Part shown: positions 45,672-55,309 of the stretch, piece after piece
Numbering within the stretch: position 1 is the first letter of the stretch
How the letters are laid out: every line of letters starts with the position of its first letter
From: Dehalococcoidia bacterium
Lineage (GTDB): Bacteria > Chloroflexota > Dehalococcoidia > Lucifugimonadales > Lucifugimonadaceae
Length of the DNA stretch: 64,000 nt
Assembly: GCA_965262065.1 (NCBI GenBank)
Contig: OZ253497.1
Coordinates: forward strand, 493,637-557,636
Direction of reading: 5' to 3'
Translations under genes and position numbers: made by a program
Notes under the pieces: generated by a model
The model's database searches: none
What the model saw: only the letters and a program-made list of their open reading frames with translations
What the model was told of the DNA's origin: nothing

Positions 45672-46919
45672 TTATGGTCGGACAATCGCGCCGTCGGCCC
45701 GGCGAACGAGCTCCCTGAACATATCCCGTTCCGGTATCGGATATTTAGCCGCCAACTTCTCGTCGATGTCGATGCCGAGTCCGGGCTCGCCGTTGGGCCA
45801 CATGTGGCCATCCCGCACCTCGGGGCAACCGGGGAAGACCTCGCGGGTCCGTTCGGGAAACACAGCCCACTCGTGGACGCCGAAATTCCACGTGTTCAAC
45901 TCCAGCATCAGGTTGGCCGAGTGGCCGACCGGCGAAGTGCCGCCCGGCCCGTGCCACACTGTGCGCACGCCGAACATCTCGCTCAGCGCGGCGTACTTGC
46001 GGCACGGCGTCAGGCCGCCCACACGCGAGACGTGAATCCTAATGAAGTCGACGAGGCGGTCCTTGACCATCGGGATGATCTCGTGCGGGTTCGACCAAAG
46101 TTCCCCCATGGCTATAGGAGTCGTGCAGATCTGGCGCACCTGGCGGAAGTAGTCCTGGTCCTCGGGCGTGAACAGGTCTTCGAGGAAGAAGAGGCGGTAC
46201 TGCTCCACCTCTTTGGCGAGCCATACCCCGTCGATCGCAGGGATGCGTTCGTGGACGTCGTGCAGCATCTCGAAGTCCCAACCGACCTTGCTGCGAAGGT
46301 GATCGAACAGGCTGAGGGCCGAGTTCATGTAGGGCTTCGGTTCGAAGATGCCCCCGCGCCATGACGTCACGGCCCTTGGCCCGCCCATCGTTCCGGCGCG
46401 CCCATCCACCTCGCCGCCGCCGTGTGCGCCGTAGGTCTGGTAACCCGGCGTTTCGACCTGAACCCGCAGGTAGTGGAAACCCTGTTCGATATAGTCCCGG
46501 ACCTGGTCCTCGACGGCCTCGTTGTCCGGTCCGCTGGGGTGCACGTAGACGGCGGCGGCTTCCCTGGCGCGGCCGCCAAGCAGGTCGTACACCGGCATGT
46601 TGGCCAGCTTTCCCTTGATATCCCACAGTGCTTGATCGACACCGCTGAGAGCGTTTCCCAGTATCGTGCCGTTGCGCCAGTAAGAACTGACGTTGGCGGA
46701 TTGCCATATGTCTTCTATGTCGGAGACGCTGCGGCCAATGAGAAACGGACGCAGATAGTCATCCACCGCAGACTTGACCGTGAACGGTTGCCGGTCGTAC
46801 GTCGCGCAGCCGAGGCCGTACAGGCCGGGCTCCGTGGTTTCGACCTTGACGACTGCGAGGGCGTTGTTGTCCGGCTGGGTCAGGATCGTCCGGATGTCGC
46901 GGATTTTCGGGTCGCTCAA
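45672..46919 (-). CDS. enolase-superfamily dehydratase, ManD subgroup-like, paralogue 5 (tandem to paralogue 4)
   Basis: It has the same motif set as 44319..45611, for example 'FEMLHDVHERIPAIDGVWLAKEVEQYRLFFLEDLF'. It differs mainly in the loop after 'QVETPGY'. Confidence 0.88.
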   Translation of the reverse strand: MSDPKIRDIRTILTQPDNNALAVVKVETTEPGLYGLGCATYDRQPFTVKSAVDDYLRPFLIGRSVSDIEDIWQSANVSSYWRNGTILGNALSGVDQALWDIKGKLANMPVYDLLGGRAREAAAVYVHPSGPDNEAVEDQVRDYIEQGFHYLRVQVETPGYQTYGAHGGGEVDGRAGTMGGPRAVTSWRGGIFEPKPYMNSALSLFDHLRSKVGWDFEMLHDVHERIPAIDGVWLAKEVEQYRLFFLEDLFTPEDQDYFRQVRQICTTPIAMGELWSNPHEIIPMVKDRLVDFIRIHVSRVGGLTPCRKYAALSEMFGVRTVWHGPGGTSPVGHSANLMLELNTWNFGVHEWAVFPERTREVFPGCPEVRDGHMWPNGEPGLGIDIDEKLAAKYPIPERDMFRELVRRADGAIVRP

Positions 46920-47096
46920 AAGGTGTCCTCCAATGCCCCGCCTATTGTCGGGCTGGCACGGCGGATTTTAGCGTCCGCGTTCCCGTCGCGAAACGACCGG
47001 CACCGGAGCCGAGCGAATCCGGGTCTGGCTCAGGCCCGGCTATGGACGCATAGGGCCGGGCTCACGCGTCCGGCACAACGCGACGAGCGGTTGGGA

Positions 47097-47300
47097 TCAG
47101 CCCCCGCCCACGGGCCGGACTATCTCAACCTGGTCACCGTCGCAGATCGTGACATCGGCAAATTGTCCCCGCGGTAATACGTCGCCGTTGATAGCAACAG
47201 CCAGGGATCGGTTGGCGAGACCCCGATCCTCGAGATAGTCGACTACGCGTGTTGGGCCGTCGAGTTCGTATAGCTTGCCGTTAATTGTTATGGAGATCAT
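47097..47300 (-). CDS. thiS: sulfur carrier protein ThiS
   Basis: 67 aa with 'ITINGK' and a C-terminal 'VGGG'. The start overlaps the thiE stop. Confidence 0.9.
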   Translation of the reverse strand: MISITINGKLYELDGPTRVVDYLEDRGLANRSLAVAINGDVLPRGQFADVTICDGDQVEIVRPVGGG

Positions 47301-47962
47301 TGGGTGTCATCATTCGACCCGCGCTGATCGATGTGTTCTGCGATTGCGGCCGCCGCAAGACGCGGGTCTTTTGCGGCAAGTATCGCGCTAATGCAGGCCA
47401 CGCCGCGCGCGCCAGCGCCCATCACGCGGGCCGCGTTCGACGCGTCTATACCGCCTATGCCTATGACTGGCAGGTCAACCATTCCGACGATGCTCCGGAT
47501 GATGGCGGTTCCGCTTGCCGTTCCGCCGGGGTGGGATGGAGATGGGTACACGGTACCGGCAATCAGGTAGTCGGCGCCCTGCCCCGCGGCCGACGCTGCC
47601 GCGGCCGTGCTATGCACCGAACGACCAACGAGAGCTCCGGGCCCTGCGATTTGCCGGGCCGTCAAAACGGGCATCGCCGATTCCGGCAGGTGCACACCGT
47701 CCGCGCCCGTCTGCGCCGTCAACTCGGGGTCCCCGTTCACTACGAACACCGCTCGATCCCTGGTTATTTCCCGAACGTCCATGGCCAAATAGGTTCTCGC
47801 CCGCCCGGTCGACGCGCGGTCGCGCAACTGGACCATGTTGACGCCGCCCTGAATCGCCGCGCCGATGGCGTCAATCAACTCCCGGGGCGGCATATGCGGA
47901 CCCGGCCCGGCGACGAGGCACAGGACGCGATCCGGTACAAGCAGGGTCGACTTTGGGCCCAT
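47297..47962 (-). CDS. thiE: thiamine-phosphate synthase
   Basis: 'VQLRDR', 'VNGDPELTAQTGADGVHL', 'DYLIAGTVYPS', 'PVIGIGGI'. Confidence 0.88.
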   Translation of the reverse strand: MGPKSTLLVPDRVLCLVAGPGPHMPPRELIDAIGAAIQGGVNMVQLRDRASTGRARTYLAMDVREITRDRAVFVVNGDPELTAQTGADGVHLPESAMPVLTARQIAGPGALVGRSVHSTAAAASAAGQGADYLIAGTVYPSPSHPGGTASGTAIIRSIVGMVDLPVIGIGGIDASNAARVMGAGARGVACISAILAAKDPRLAAAAIAEHIDQRGSNDDTQ

Positions 47963-47996
47963 ACGGACGCGATCGCCTCACACCGGCAGGATGCGG

Positions 47997-48788
47997 TCAG
48001 CCGCTCCGCCCGGCGGCCACCGCCACGCCGGCGGTCGGGCTGCTTGGGGAGGCCTGTTCCCGTATGGGGATGCGGCCAGCCTGGTATGCCATCCTGCCGG
48101 CCTCGACACCCAGCTTGAACGCCTCGCCCATGGCGCCCGGGTCGCCTGCCTGCGCGATCGCCGTATTCACCAACACGCAGTCCGCGCCCATCTCCATGAC
48201 CAGGGACGCATCCGACGGGACACCCAGCCCGGCGTCGACGACGACCGGAACGCTGGACTGTTCGATGATTATCTGGATTTCCTCGGAGGTCAGCACACCG
48301 CGGCCTGACCCTATCGGCGACCCCAACGGCATGACCGTGGCGCATCCGATGTCTTCGAGCCGCATGGCCAGGACCGGATCGGCATGGATGTACGGCAGCA
48401 CCACGAAACCTTCGGCAATAAGCCGCTTCGAAGCCTCGTACGTGCCTACAGGGTCCGGCAACAGGTACTTCGCATCCGGAATCACCTCCACCTTGACCCA
48501 GTTCGACCCCGTCACCTCTCGCGCCATGCGCGCCGTGAATACAGCTTCTTCGGCGGTCTTCGATCCGGCCGTGTTGGGAAGAATCCGGTAGCGGTCCCAG
48601 TCGAGGTGGTCGAGCAGCGTTTCCTGGTTCGGATCGTCGAGGTTGAGCCTTCGGATCGCTACGGTAATCATCTCCGTGCCGGAGCGCTGGACGGAATCGA
48701 GAAGGTCTTGCTTTGAGCGGTGCTTGCCAGTACCGGTTATCAGGCGTGACTTGAAAGTGACGCCCGCAATTACTAAATCATCATTCAT
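47997..48788 (-). CDS. thiG: thiazole synthase
   Basis: 'SRLITGTGK', 'VKVEVIPD', '[13 protein letters not shown]'. Confidence 0.95.
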   Translation of the reverse strand: MNDDLVIAGVTFKSRLITGTGKHRSKQDLLDSVQRSGTEMITVAIRRLNLDDPNQETLLDHLDWDRYRILPNTAGSKTAEEAVFTARMAREVTGSNWVKVEVIPDAKYLLPDPVGTYEASKRLIAEGFVVLPYIHADPVLAMRLEDIGCATVMPLGSPIGSGRGVLTSEEIQIIIEQSSVPVVVDAGLGVPSDASLVMEMGADCVLVNTAIAQAGDPGAMGEAFKLGVEAGRMAYQAGRIPIREQASPSSPTAGVAVAAGRSG

Positions 48789-48859
48789 GGTGTTATCTCC
48801 GTACTCTCAGGAATGGAGCATGCGCGGGGCGCGTCCTCACCCTCAGGGCGAGGACTCTT

Positions 48860-48894
48860 AAGCAAAGAGACACCGCGTATCTCAGCGGTGTCTG
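48860..48894 (-). terminator. riboswitch expression-platform hairpin / putative attenuator
   Basis: The minus-strand RNA reads AGACACCGC-UGAGAUAC-GCGGUGUCU (9-bp stem) followed by CUUUGCUU. It lies between the TPP aptamer and the thiG RBS. Confidence 0.5.
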
Positions 48895-48903
48895 CGGATG
48901 TTT

Positions 48904-49000
48904 CCATGTACTCCCTCCGCTGGCATTACCCAGATCAGGTGGTGGGGTCGGCGCAATTTCCCGCGCCCTCTCAGCCCGAATTCTCGAGCTCCCCCGCACC
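48904..49000 (-). promoter_or_regulatory. TPP (THI-box) riboswitch
   Basis: The minus strand reads GGUGCGGGGGAGC..GGGCUGAGAGGGCGCGGGAAAUUGCGCCGACCCCACCACCUGAUCUGGGUAAUGCCAGCGGAGGGA. It contains the conserved CUGAGA and ACCUGAUCUGG(A/G)UAAUGCCAGCG boxes, upstream of thiG-thiE-thiS. Confidence 0.9.
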
Positions 49001-49034
49001 CCCGCCGTTAACAGGGGTGAATCATTACAAGCGT

Positions 49035-49063
49035 AGCGTAGATTGGGATCAACGGCGCGTCAA
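49035..49063 (-). promoter_or_regulatory. candidate promoter for the thi leader
   Basis: On the minus strand, TTGACG (49063-49058), a 17-nt spacer and TACGCT (49040-49035) sit about 30 nt upstream of the aptamer. Confidence 0.3.
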
Positions 49064-49194
49064 TTCCGGTTAACTTGCGGTTTTGGGTAGGTGTGGCGGA
49101 TTCCGCCGATGGGAAATTCCGACTATGCGCGAACGTGCGAAAATGCCACGATAGGCAGGCGTCAGGAACGCAGGTCTGAATTTGGAGACGAAAA

Positions 49195-50175
49195 ATGGGA
49201 AGCAGGGTCATTTATTGGGGAGCAATCGCGGATCCGCGAACAGTGCGGGCGCGGGCATTGGTCCCTCAGGACCTGGACGTTACCTTTGTCGATCCCGCGT
49301 ACGGAGACGTCAATCGTGACCGTCAACTGGCCGACTGCGAATTCCTGATCGTGGGGGTCGGCGGTATCGGCGAGGAGACCATGCGCTTCATGCCTCGTCT
49401 CAGGACGCTGCAGATCCTGAGCGCCGGATTCGACAAAATCGACGTGATCGGCCTGCGCGAGAGGGGCGTGGAGGTCTGCAACAACTCCGCCGCCATCGCC
49501 AACTCGGTCGCAGAACACGCCATCATGCTCATGCTGGCCGTCTACAAACGCGTCTCGCGGTCCATCGAGGGCGCCCGCGACGGCAGGTGGCAGGCGCCGG
49601 CAAAGACCGGCCGTTACGGGCAACTTTTTGAACTCACGCACAAGACCGTAGGTATCGTCGGAGTCGGCCACATCGGCTCGCTTGTTGCCCGGCGGCTGCG
49701 GGGTTTCGAGACCACGACCCTATATCACGACGTTCGGGCGCTACCGCCCGATATCGAGCGCGAACTGGAGATCACCCGCGTACCATTGGACGAACTGCTG
49801 GAGCGGTCCGACATAGTCACTGCGCACATGCCCCTCAACTCGGCGACCCGCGGGATGTTCAGTTCCCGCGAGTTCAATTTGATGCGACCACAGGCGATTT
49901 TCATCAATACGTGCCGGGGCCCGGTGCACGATGAAGACGCCCTTATTGCAGCGCTGAGTAACGGGGACATTCGGGCCGCAGGGCTCGATGTGACGGAGGT
50001 CGAGCCGACACCGGCGGACAACCCGCTGCTGAACATGGAAAACGTAATCGTCACGCCGCATATAGCGGGTTCGACCGAGGAACGCGTCGATCGGGCCCTC
50101 GAATTTTCGTACGGCAACGCGCGGCGGGTTCTGAACGGCGACAAGCCGCTGAGCCCGGTGGTTGTCCAGGACTGA
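49195..50175 (+). CDS. D-isomer-specific 2-hydroxyacid dehydrogenase (NAD-binding)
   Basis: 'VGIVGVGHIGSLVARRL', 'INTCRG', 'VTPHIAGST'. Confidence 0.85.
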   Translation: MGSRVIYWGAIADPRTVRARALVPQDLDVTFVDPAYGDVNRDRQLADCEFLIVGVGGIGEETMRFMPRLRTLQILSAGFDKIDVIGLRERGVEVCNNSAAIANSVAEHAIMLMLAVYKRVSRSIEGARDGRWQAPAKTGRYGQLFELTHKTVGIVGVGHIGSLVARRLRGFETTTLYHDVRALPPDIERELEITRVPLDELLERSDIVTAHMPLNSATRGMFSSREFNLMRPQAIFINTCRGPVHDEDALIAALSNGDIRAAGLDVTEVEPTPADNPLLNMENVIVTPHIAGSTEERVDRALEFSYGNARRVLNGDKPLSPVVVQD

Positions 50176-50926
50176 GCCAGCCGCGTCCGTGTTCAAGCCA
50201 TCCGGCATTTTGATTGATCTCGACGGTACGTTGATCGACACGGACGACCGGTGCTCCCCGGTCGTTGCGAGGGCGGTGAGGCGGGCCGCGAAACGAATAC
50301 CTGTGGCCATCGCATCCGGTCGGGAACCGGACGAAGTCTCCCACTTCGCACGGATGCTCGGGCTCCAACTGCCGCAGGTTTGCGACAACGGAGCACGCCT
50401 CGTAGATCCCTTGACCGGCCGGTCCCTGCAAGATAGTCCAATGCCCGAGCCTGTGGCCCGTGGATTGATCGATTCGATCTGCGCCGCCGGCCTGGGTTTC
50501 TACGCCGTCGAAAATGGCCGGATGGTGAAAACAAAAGACGGCTTCAGGGAATGGGCCGTCACGATCATCGCTGCCAACGCCGGTGACGAAAGCACAGCCA
50601 GATCTTTGGCTCACAAGTTGGCATCGGACGAGACCACCACGGAACTATCTACCAACCCCGACGGCACGTTCTGGTACGTGAACTTCGTGCGCCCCGGCAT
50701 AGACAAGGCCCACGGGGTCCGGCAATTTGCAGAAACCCAGGGGCTTGATCCACGGGAACTGATGGCGGTTGGCGACGGCCTCAACGACGTGTCGATGTTC
50801 AATTTGGTGGGCCTGCCCGTAGCCATGGGAAACGCGTCGGAAGAGGTCAAACGGTACGCCGGATTCGTTGCCCGAAGCCTGGCAGACGACGGTCTGGCCG
50901 AAGCCATCGAACGCTTCGTGCTCTAG
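50162..50926 (+). CDS. HAD-IIB (Cof-type) phosphatase
   Basis: 'ILIDLDGTLIDTD', 'AVGDGLNDVSMF'. A TTG start overlaps the upstream gene by 14 nt; the start is uncertain. Confidence 0.8.
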   Translation: MSRTEPAASVFKPSGILIDLDGTLIDTDDRCSPVVARAVRRAAKRIPVAIASGREPDEVSHFARMLGLQLPQVCDNGARLVDPLTGRSLQDSPMPEPVARGLIDSICAAGLGFYAVENGRMVKTKDGFREWAVTIIAANAGDESTARSLAHKLASDETTTELSTNPDGTFWYVNFVRPGIDKAHGVRQFAETQGLDPRELMAVGDGLNDVSMFNLVGLPVAMGNASEEVKRYAGFVARSLADDGLAEAIERFVL

Positions 50927-52743
50927 CCTCGTTCGCCGGTGTCGAGGATGTCGGTGTCATCCCCCCGCAGGGCACTTACACTCGCCGCCAGTGCCGCCTG
51001 CCAGACTCGTAGCTCGCGGCGCACGGCAGACCGGAAGCGGCTCCCATACTCCCCAACGTTTCGGTACTTCTTCTGCCGCCTCCGCACGAGAGTTCGTCGC
51101 CGCTTGTCCCGCAGCTCTATGAGCGCCCGCATGAGGCTCCGCTTAAGCAGCCGAGCAGCCTCGTCCGGTGAGCCGTCAACCGGTTCAGGCACGACCAGGT
51201 CCACGATGCCCATATTCAGGCAGTCCACAGACGTGAGTTTCAGGGCCCTCGCCAGTTCTTCTGCGCGGGCGGCGTCGCTCAACTCGGTCTCGGCGCCCTC
51301 TTCCGGCGCAATAGGGGTGTAGATGGCGTTTTGCTGCATCAAGACGATGTCGGCCACGCCGAGGGCCAACGCAGCCTCGCTGCCTCCCTCACCTATTAGC
51401 ACGGAAACTGTTGGGACCTCCACGTTGGACATGGCGTCTATCGTTCCGGCAATTGCGGCCGCTATGCCGTGCCGCTCTGAGTCGAGTCCGATCCTGGGAC
51501 CCGGAGTGTCCACGAGTGTGATCACGGGGAGGGTGAAACGTTCGGCCAGCTTGATGGCGCGTGTCGCCTTACGGAATCCCTCGCTGGTGATGCGGCCCTC
51601 TGTCTCCCAGCCATGGTCGCCGTCCGGCTTTGCCTGGCCGGATTGCTTCTGCTGGCCTATTACGACCACCGATTCTCCGGCCAGCCTGGCAAGTCCGACC
51701 ACGATCGACGGATCATCGCCGCGCAGCCGATCGCCGTGGAGTTCGATGAAATTTGCGAACACCCGGTCGATGTAGTCCCGCGCCTTCGGCCGATTGGGGC
51801 GCCGGGCATTTTGTACCATCTCCCACGGCTCAAGGGGCGCAATGCTGGTCTCGACGGGCTTCATGCGCCGAGACGTAGCCAGTTTGAATTCCGGGGTGAT
51901 GAGGTCCAGGACGGACGCAATCTCGTGCTTCAGGCGCTGCCGGCTGACCACCCGGTCTATGTGGCCATGGGCCTGGAAGAATTCGGCCGTGTAGTCGTGT
52001 TGGGCGCGCCTGGGTCCATTTCCGCCCTGCTCGGCTCTGAACGGCGCGAACCCCATCTGAGCGCCCGGCTCTGCGAATATGACGTCGGCAAGGGAGGCGA
52101 AACTGGCGAGAACCTGGCCAGTACATGGATTTCCCAGAACGGCGATCAACGGCATGCCCTTGCTGTGCAAGGAGTTGAGCGCCACCACCGTCTTCGCCAT
52201 CTGCATCAGCGAAAGCACGCCTTCCTGAATACGCGCGCCCCCGCTGGTGACGACGGCCACGACCGGCAACTTCTGTCGGGCCGCAAGTTCTAGCGCCAAA
52301 GACACCTTTTCGCCCACCACGAGGCCCATGCTGCCGCCGAGGAAACCGAAATCAAGGACGATGACTACTGCATGAGTGCCGCCGATGTGGCAGGTGCCCG
52401 TGACCGCGGCCTCGGCCAGGCCCGTGCGGGTCTGGTCCTCGAGCAGCCTGACTCGATAGGAAATTCTGGGTGAGAACTCGAGCGGGTCAAGCGACTGAAT
52501 CCACTGGCTGGTCTCCTTGAAGCTTCCTTCGTCGGCGAGCATGGCGATTTTCCGACGCGCCGAGGTAGTGTAGTGGAACTTGCATCTTGGGCAGACGCGC
52601 AGTCGCCGGTAGAGCCGGGACTCGGTAAGGCCGACGCCGCACGCAAGGCAGTTTGGCCTGGGACGTTCGAGATCAAGGACCGGCCGGTCTGTCAGTTCCT
52701 GTTCAGGCCGCTCCTCCGGAAAGAGGGGCGTGACGTTGCTCAT
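50923..52743 (-). CDS. accD/accA: acetyl-CoA carboxylase carboxyltransferase, fused beta (AccD) + alpha (AccA) subunits
   Basis: N-terminal Zn-ribbon 'CLACGV..CPRCKFHY' and an AccD body, then the AccA-like 'PWEMVQNARRPNRPKARDYIDRVFANFIELHGDRLRGDDPSIVVGLARL'. Total 606 aa. Confidence 0.85.
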   Translation of the reverse strand: MSNVTPLFPEERPEQELTDRPVLDLERPRPNCLACGVGLTESRLYRRLRVCPRCKFHYTTSARRKIAMLADEGSFKETSQWIQSLDPLEFSPRISYRVRLLEDQTRTGLAEAAVTGTCHIGGTHAVVIVLDFGFLGGSMGLVVGEKVSLALELAARQKLPVVAVVTSGGARIQEGVLSLMQMAKTVVALNSLHSKGMPLIAVLGNPCTGQVLASFASLADVIFAEPGAQMGFAPFRAEQGGNGPRRAQHDYTAEFFQAHGHIDRVVSRQRLKHEIASVLDLITPEFKLATSRRMKPVETSIAPLEPWEMVQNARRPNRPKARDYIDRVFANFIELHGDRLRGDDPSIVVGLARLAGESVVVIGQQKQSGQAKPDGDHGWETEGRITSEGFRKATRAIKLAERFTLPVITLVDTPGPRIGLDSERHGIAAAIAGTIDAMSNVEVPTVSVLIGEGGSEAALALGVADIVLMQQNAIYTPIAPEEGAETELSDAARAEELARALKLTSVDCLNMGIVDLVVPEPVDGSPDEAARLLKRSLMRALIELRDKRRRTLVRRRQKKYRNVGEYGSRFRSAVRRELRVWQAALAASVSALRGDDTDILDTGERG

Positions 52744-52948
52744 TTGGGGCCCTTCCGCATTTGCAGTTGTGAGAGAACAGGTACTTAATTCAAGTCTTGC
52801 ACATAATCCAGCGCCCGGAATCCATACACGCGGGCAAGTTTTCCCACATCGGCAATTCTTCCGCGCCTTCGCATCCGTTCCCTTGCGGCCAAATCAGGTG
52901 GACGGGATGGGGTTTGACGGCCATGCGGCCGTGGATGTACCGGTTTCG

Positions 52949-55198
52949 TTACAGGACCTGTCGCGGTTTGCCCGCCTCGCCCGGACCCACCACACCTTCG
53001 TCTTCCAGCTCATCCATCAGCCGGGCTGCCCGGGGGTAGCCGATCCGCAGTCTGCGTTGCAACAACGAAGTGGATAACGTGCGTTGAGACTTAGCCAACG
53101 AAACGGCGTTGTCGAAGAGGGAGTCGCCTCCGCTGGGCGCAATGTCGACCGAACCTGACTCCTCATCGAAGTTGACCTCCAGCATGGGCATTTCAGGACG
53201 GTCCGCTTTTCGCCAGTAGTCGACCACCGCCTCCACTTCGTCGTCGCCGAGAAACGCTCCCTGTACTCTGAGCGGTCTTGCCCTGTCGACCGGCAGGAAC
53301 AGCATGTCGCCCTTGCCCAGCAGTTTCTCTGCGCCGGGGCTGTCGAGAATGGTGCGGGAATCGATCTGGGACATTACGGAGAAGCTGATTCGGCTTGGGA
53401 AGTTGGCCTTGATCAGCCCCGTCACAACGTCCACGGACGGCCGTTGTGTAGCCACGACCAGGTGAACGCCCGTCGCCCGGCCAAGCTGTGCAAGGCGCAC
53501 GAGCAGCCGTTCCACGTCGTTGGCGCCGGTGAGCATGAGGTCTGCCAGTTCGTCTACCAGGATCAGCAAGAACGGCATCTTCACGGACGATTTTGCGTTG
53601 AACGCGGCGATGTTCCTGACGCCGGCCGATTCCAATAGCCGAAACCGCTCCATCATCTCCTGGACGAGAGAGCGCAAAATCACGATCGCCCGCTCCGGCT
53701 CTACGACGGGCTCCGTATACAGATGAGGAATCCCGGCGTACGGCGTGAGTTCAACCCGCTTGGGGTCGATCATTACCATGCGTACCTGCTCCGGAGTGCG
53801 GTTCATTAGTAGTCCCACTATCAGGGCGTTGATGCACACGCTCTTGCCCGATCCGGTCGCGCCTGCGACGAGAAGGTGAGGCATTCGCGTCAGGTCGGCG
53901 ATCGCCGGCTGGCCGCCGGAGTCGAGTCCCAGGGGCACGGGCAGCCCCATTTTCGGATGTGCGGACTTGTACGAGTCGACGTCCATTACCGACTTGACCG
54001 TGACCGGCGCCGGGTTCGTGTTCGGCACCTCGATACCGACAACCGATTCGCCCGGCACCGGCGCTTCGAATCGGAGGTTAGGAGAAGCCAGGGCAAGCGC
54101 CAGGTCTTTTTCGCGGTTGAGGATCGTGTCTACCCTGACCCGCTGTGTGCCTGATTTCTCACCGCCCTCACCCTTCCAACCGGGCTTCAGTCCGTACATC
54201 GTCACGGTAGGCCCAACCCGGACCTGGTCCACGGAGACATTGATTGTGTGTTGCCTCAGGGTTTCGACGATCAGTTCTCCTGTCGCCGTCAGTTCGGACC
54301 TCGAAACTCCTCCACCGGAAGCGGACTTGAGCATTGATAGTGGTGGGAGCTTCCAGGGGAACGGAGGAATTCCCAGCGCGGCCGCACCGGGGGACGGAGC
54401 CGCCGGGACCGGTCCTTCTTGAACGCCGTCCAACTCGTCCAATTCGGTAACTTCGTTCACCTCGACGAGGTCCGGCACGTCCACGTCGCCGAATCCGTTG
54501 ATATCCGATGAAATGCCCGGATCAACCGCCAACTCGATTGAGTCTTCGACCAATTCGGCGCCGACAATGTTCATCTCGTGGGCCATGGCGGGAACGGCCT
54601 CGATCTTTTCCTGCCGGCGGGCAGCGCGCGCTTCGCGCCATTCGCCGAATTTAGCCGTACTCCACGCCGCCGACGCCATCAGCGCAGATGCGACATAACC
54701 CGCGCCGACCCATGCGCCCCGGCCTGCCACGACGGCGCCGTGAGGCGATATGACCGCCCCGGCCAACAAGACGAGGACTCCCACCCGTAAGCCGGCGAGG
54801 GCATACTGGCCGGTTGTAACCCCGTAGGCGTCCCACTCAGAGGGCCAGCGCGACAGCAACTCGCCCACGCGCCCGCCGAGAGACTCGTCGGCGTAGAACG
54901 CTCCCGGCGCGGCAACTATGCCGAGCGCGGCCGATGCCGCCAACGCAATCAGCAGTCCGGCGGTCAGACCGCGGTACCACCCCAGGATTAGTCGAGGCCG
55001 GCCGTTGGCAAGATAAAGGAGTACTGCGAGCCAACCAAGAAGCGGCGCTGCGCTCCAACCAAGCCAGGAAACAAACTGTTCCCGAACGACAAATGCGACA
55101 ACCAGACCGGCCACGACAATCAGCGCAAGGAACCTGCCGTGCTGCGTCATGAGCAACCTGAATGTATTGCCAGCGATTTTCCCAAGCTTTGATTTCAC
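52949..55198 (-). CDS. ftsK: DNA translocase FtsK
   Basis: N-terminal TMs, Walker A 'GATGSGKSVCINALI', 'LVVATQRPSVDV', gamma domain 'LQRRLRIGYPRAARLMDELEDEGVVGP'. Confidence 0.95.
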   Translation of the reverse strand: MKSKLGKIAGNTFRLLMTQHGRFLALIVVAGLVVAFVVREQFVSWLGWSAAPLLGWLAVLLYLANGRPRLILGWYRGLTAGLLIALAASAALGIVAAPGAFYADESLGGRVGELLSRWPSEWDAYGVTTGQYALAGLRVGVLVLLAGAVISPHGAVVAGRGAWVGAGYVASALMASAAWSTAKFGEWREARAARRQEKIEAVPAMAHEMNIVGAELVEDSIELAVDPGISSDINGFGDVDVPDLVEVNEVTELDELDGVQEGPVPAAPSPGAAALGIPPFPWKLPPLSMLKSASGGGVSRSELTATGELIVETLRQHTINVSVDQVRVGPTVTMYGLKPGWKGEGGEKSGTQRVRVDTILNREKDLALALASPNLRFEAPVPGESVVGIEVPNTNPAPVTVKSVMDVDSYKSAHPKMGLPVPLGLDSGGQPAIADLTRMPHLLVAGATGSGKSVCINALIVGLLMNRTPEQVRMVMIDPKRVELTPYAGIPHLYTEPVVEPERAIVILRSLVQEMMERFRLLESAGVRNIAAFNAKSSVKMPFLLILVDELADLMLTGANDVERLLVRLAQLGRATGVHLVVATQRPSVDVVTGLIKANFPSRISFSVMSQIDSRTILDSPGAEKLLGKGDMLFLPVDRARPLRVQGAFLGDDEVEAVVDYWRKADRPEMPMLEVNFDEESGSVDIAPSGGDSLFDNAVSLAKSQRTLSTSLLQRRLRIGYPRAARLMDELEDEGVVGPGEAGKPRQVL

Positions 55199-55309
55199 TA
55201 GATAAATCCCAAGCAGGAGTTAGTCGGCCAGCCTGGCCGGGCTCACGGCGTTATTGGTCGCCGGCAGGCTGCCTGGGCAGAGTCGTTCCGCGGCCCGAAA
55301 CGAACCGCC

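Noticed and set aside
45012-46364. 450-aa plus-strand ORF spanning both ManD paralogues
   Set aside because: It is antisense to two strongly supported genes and crosses their intergenic gap. It is a shadow ORF.
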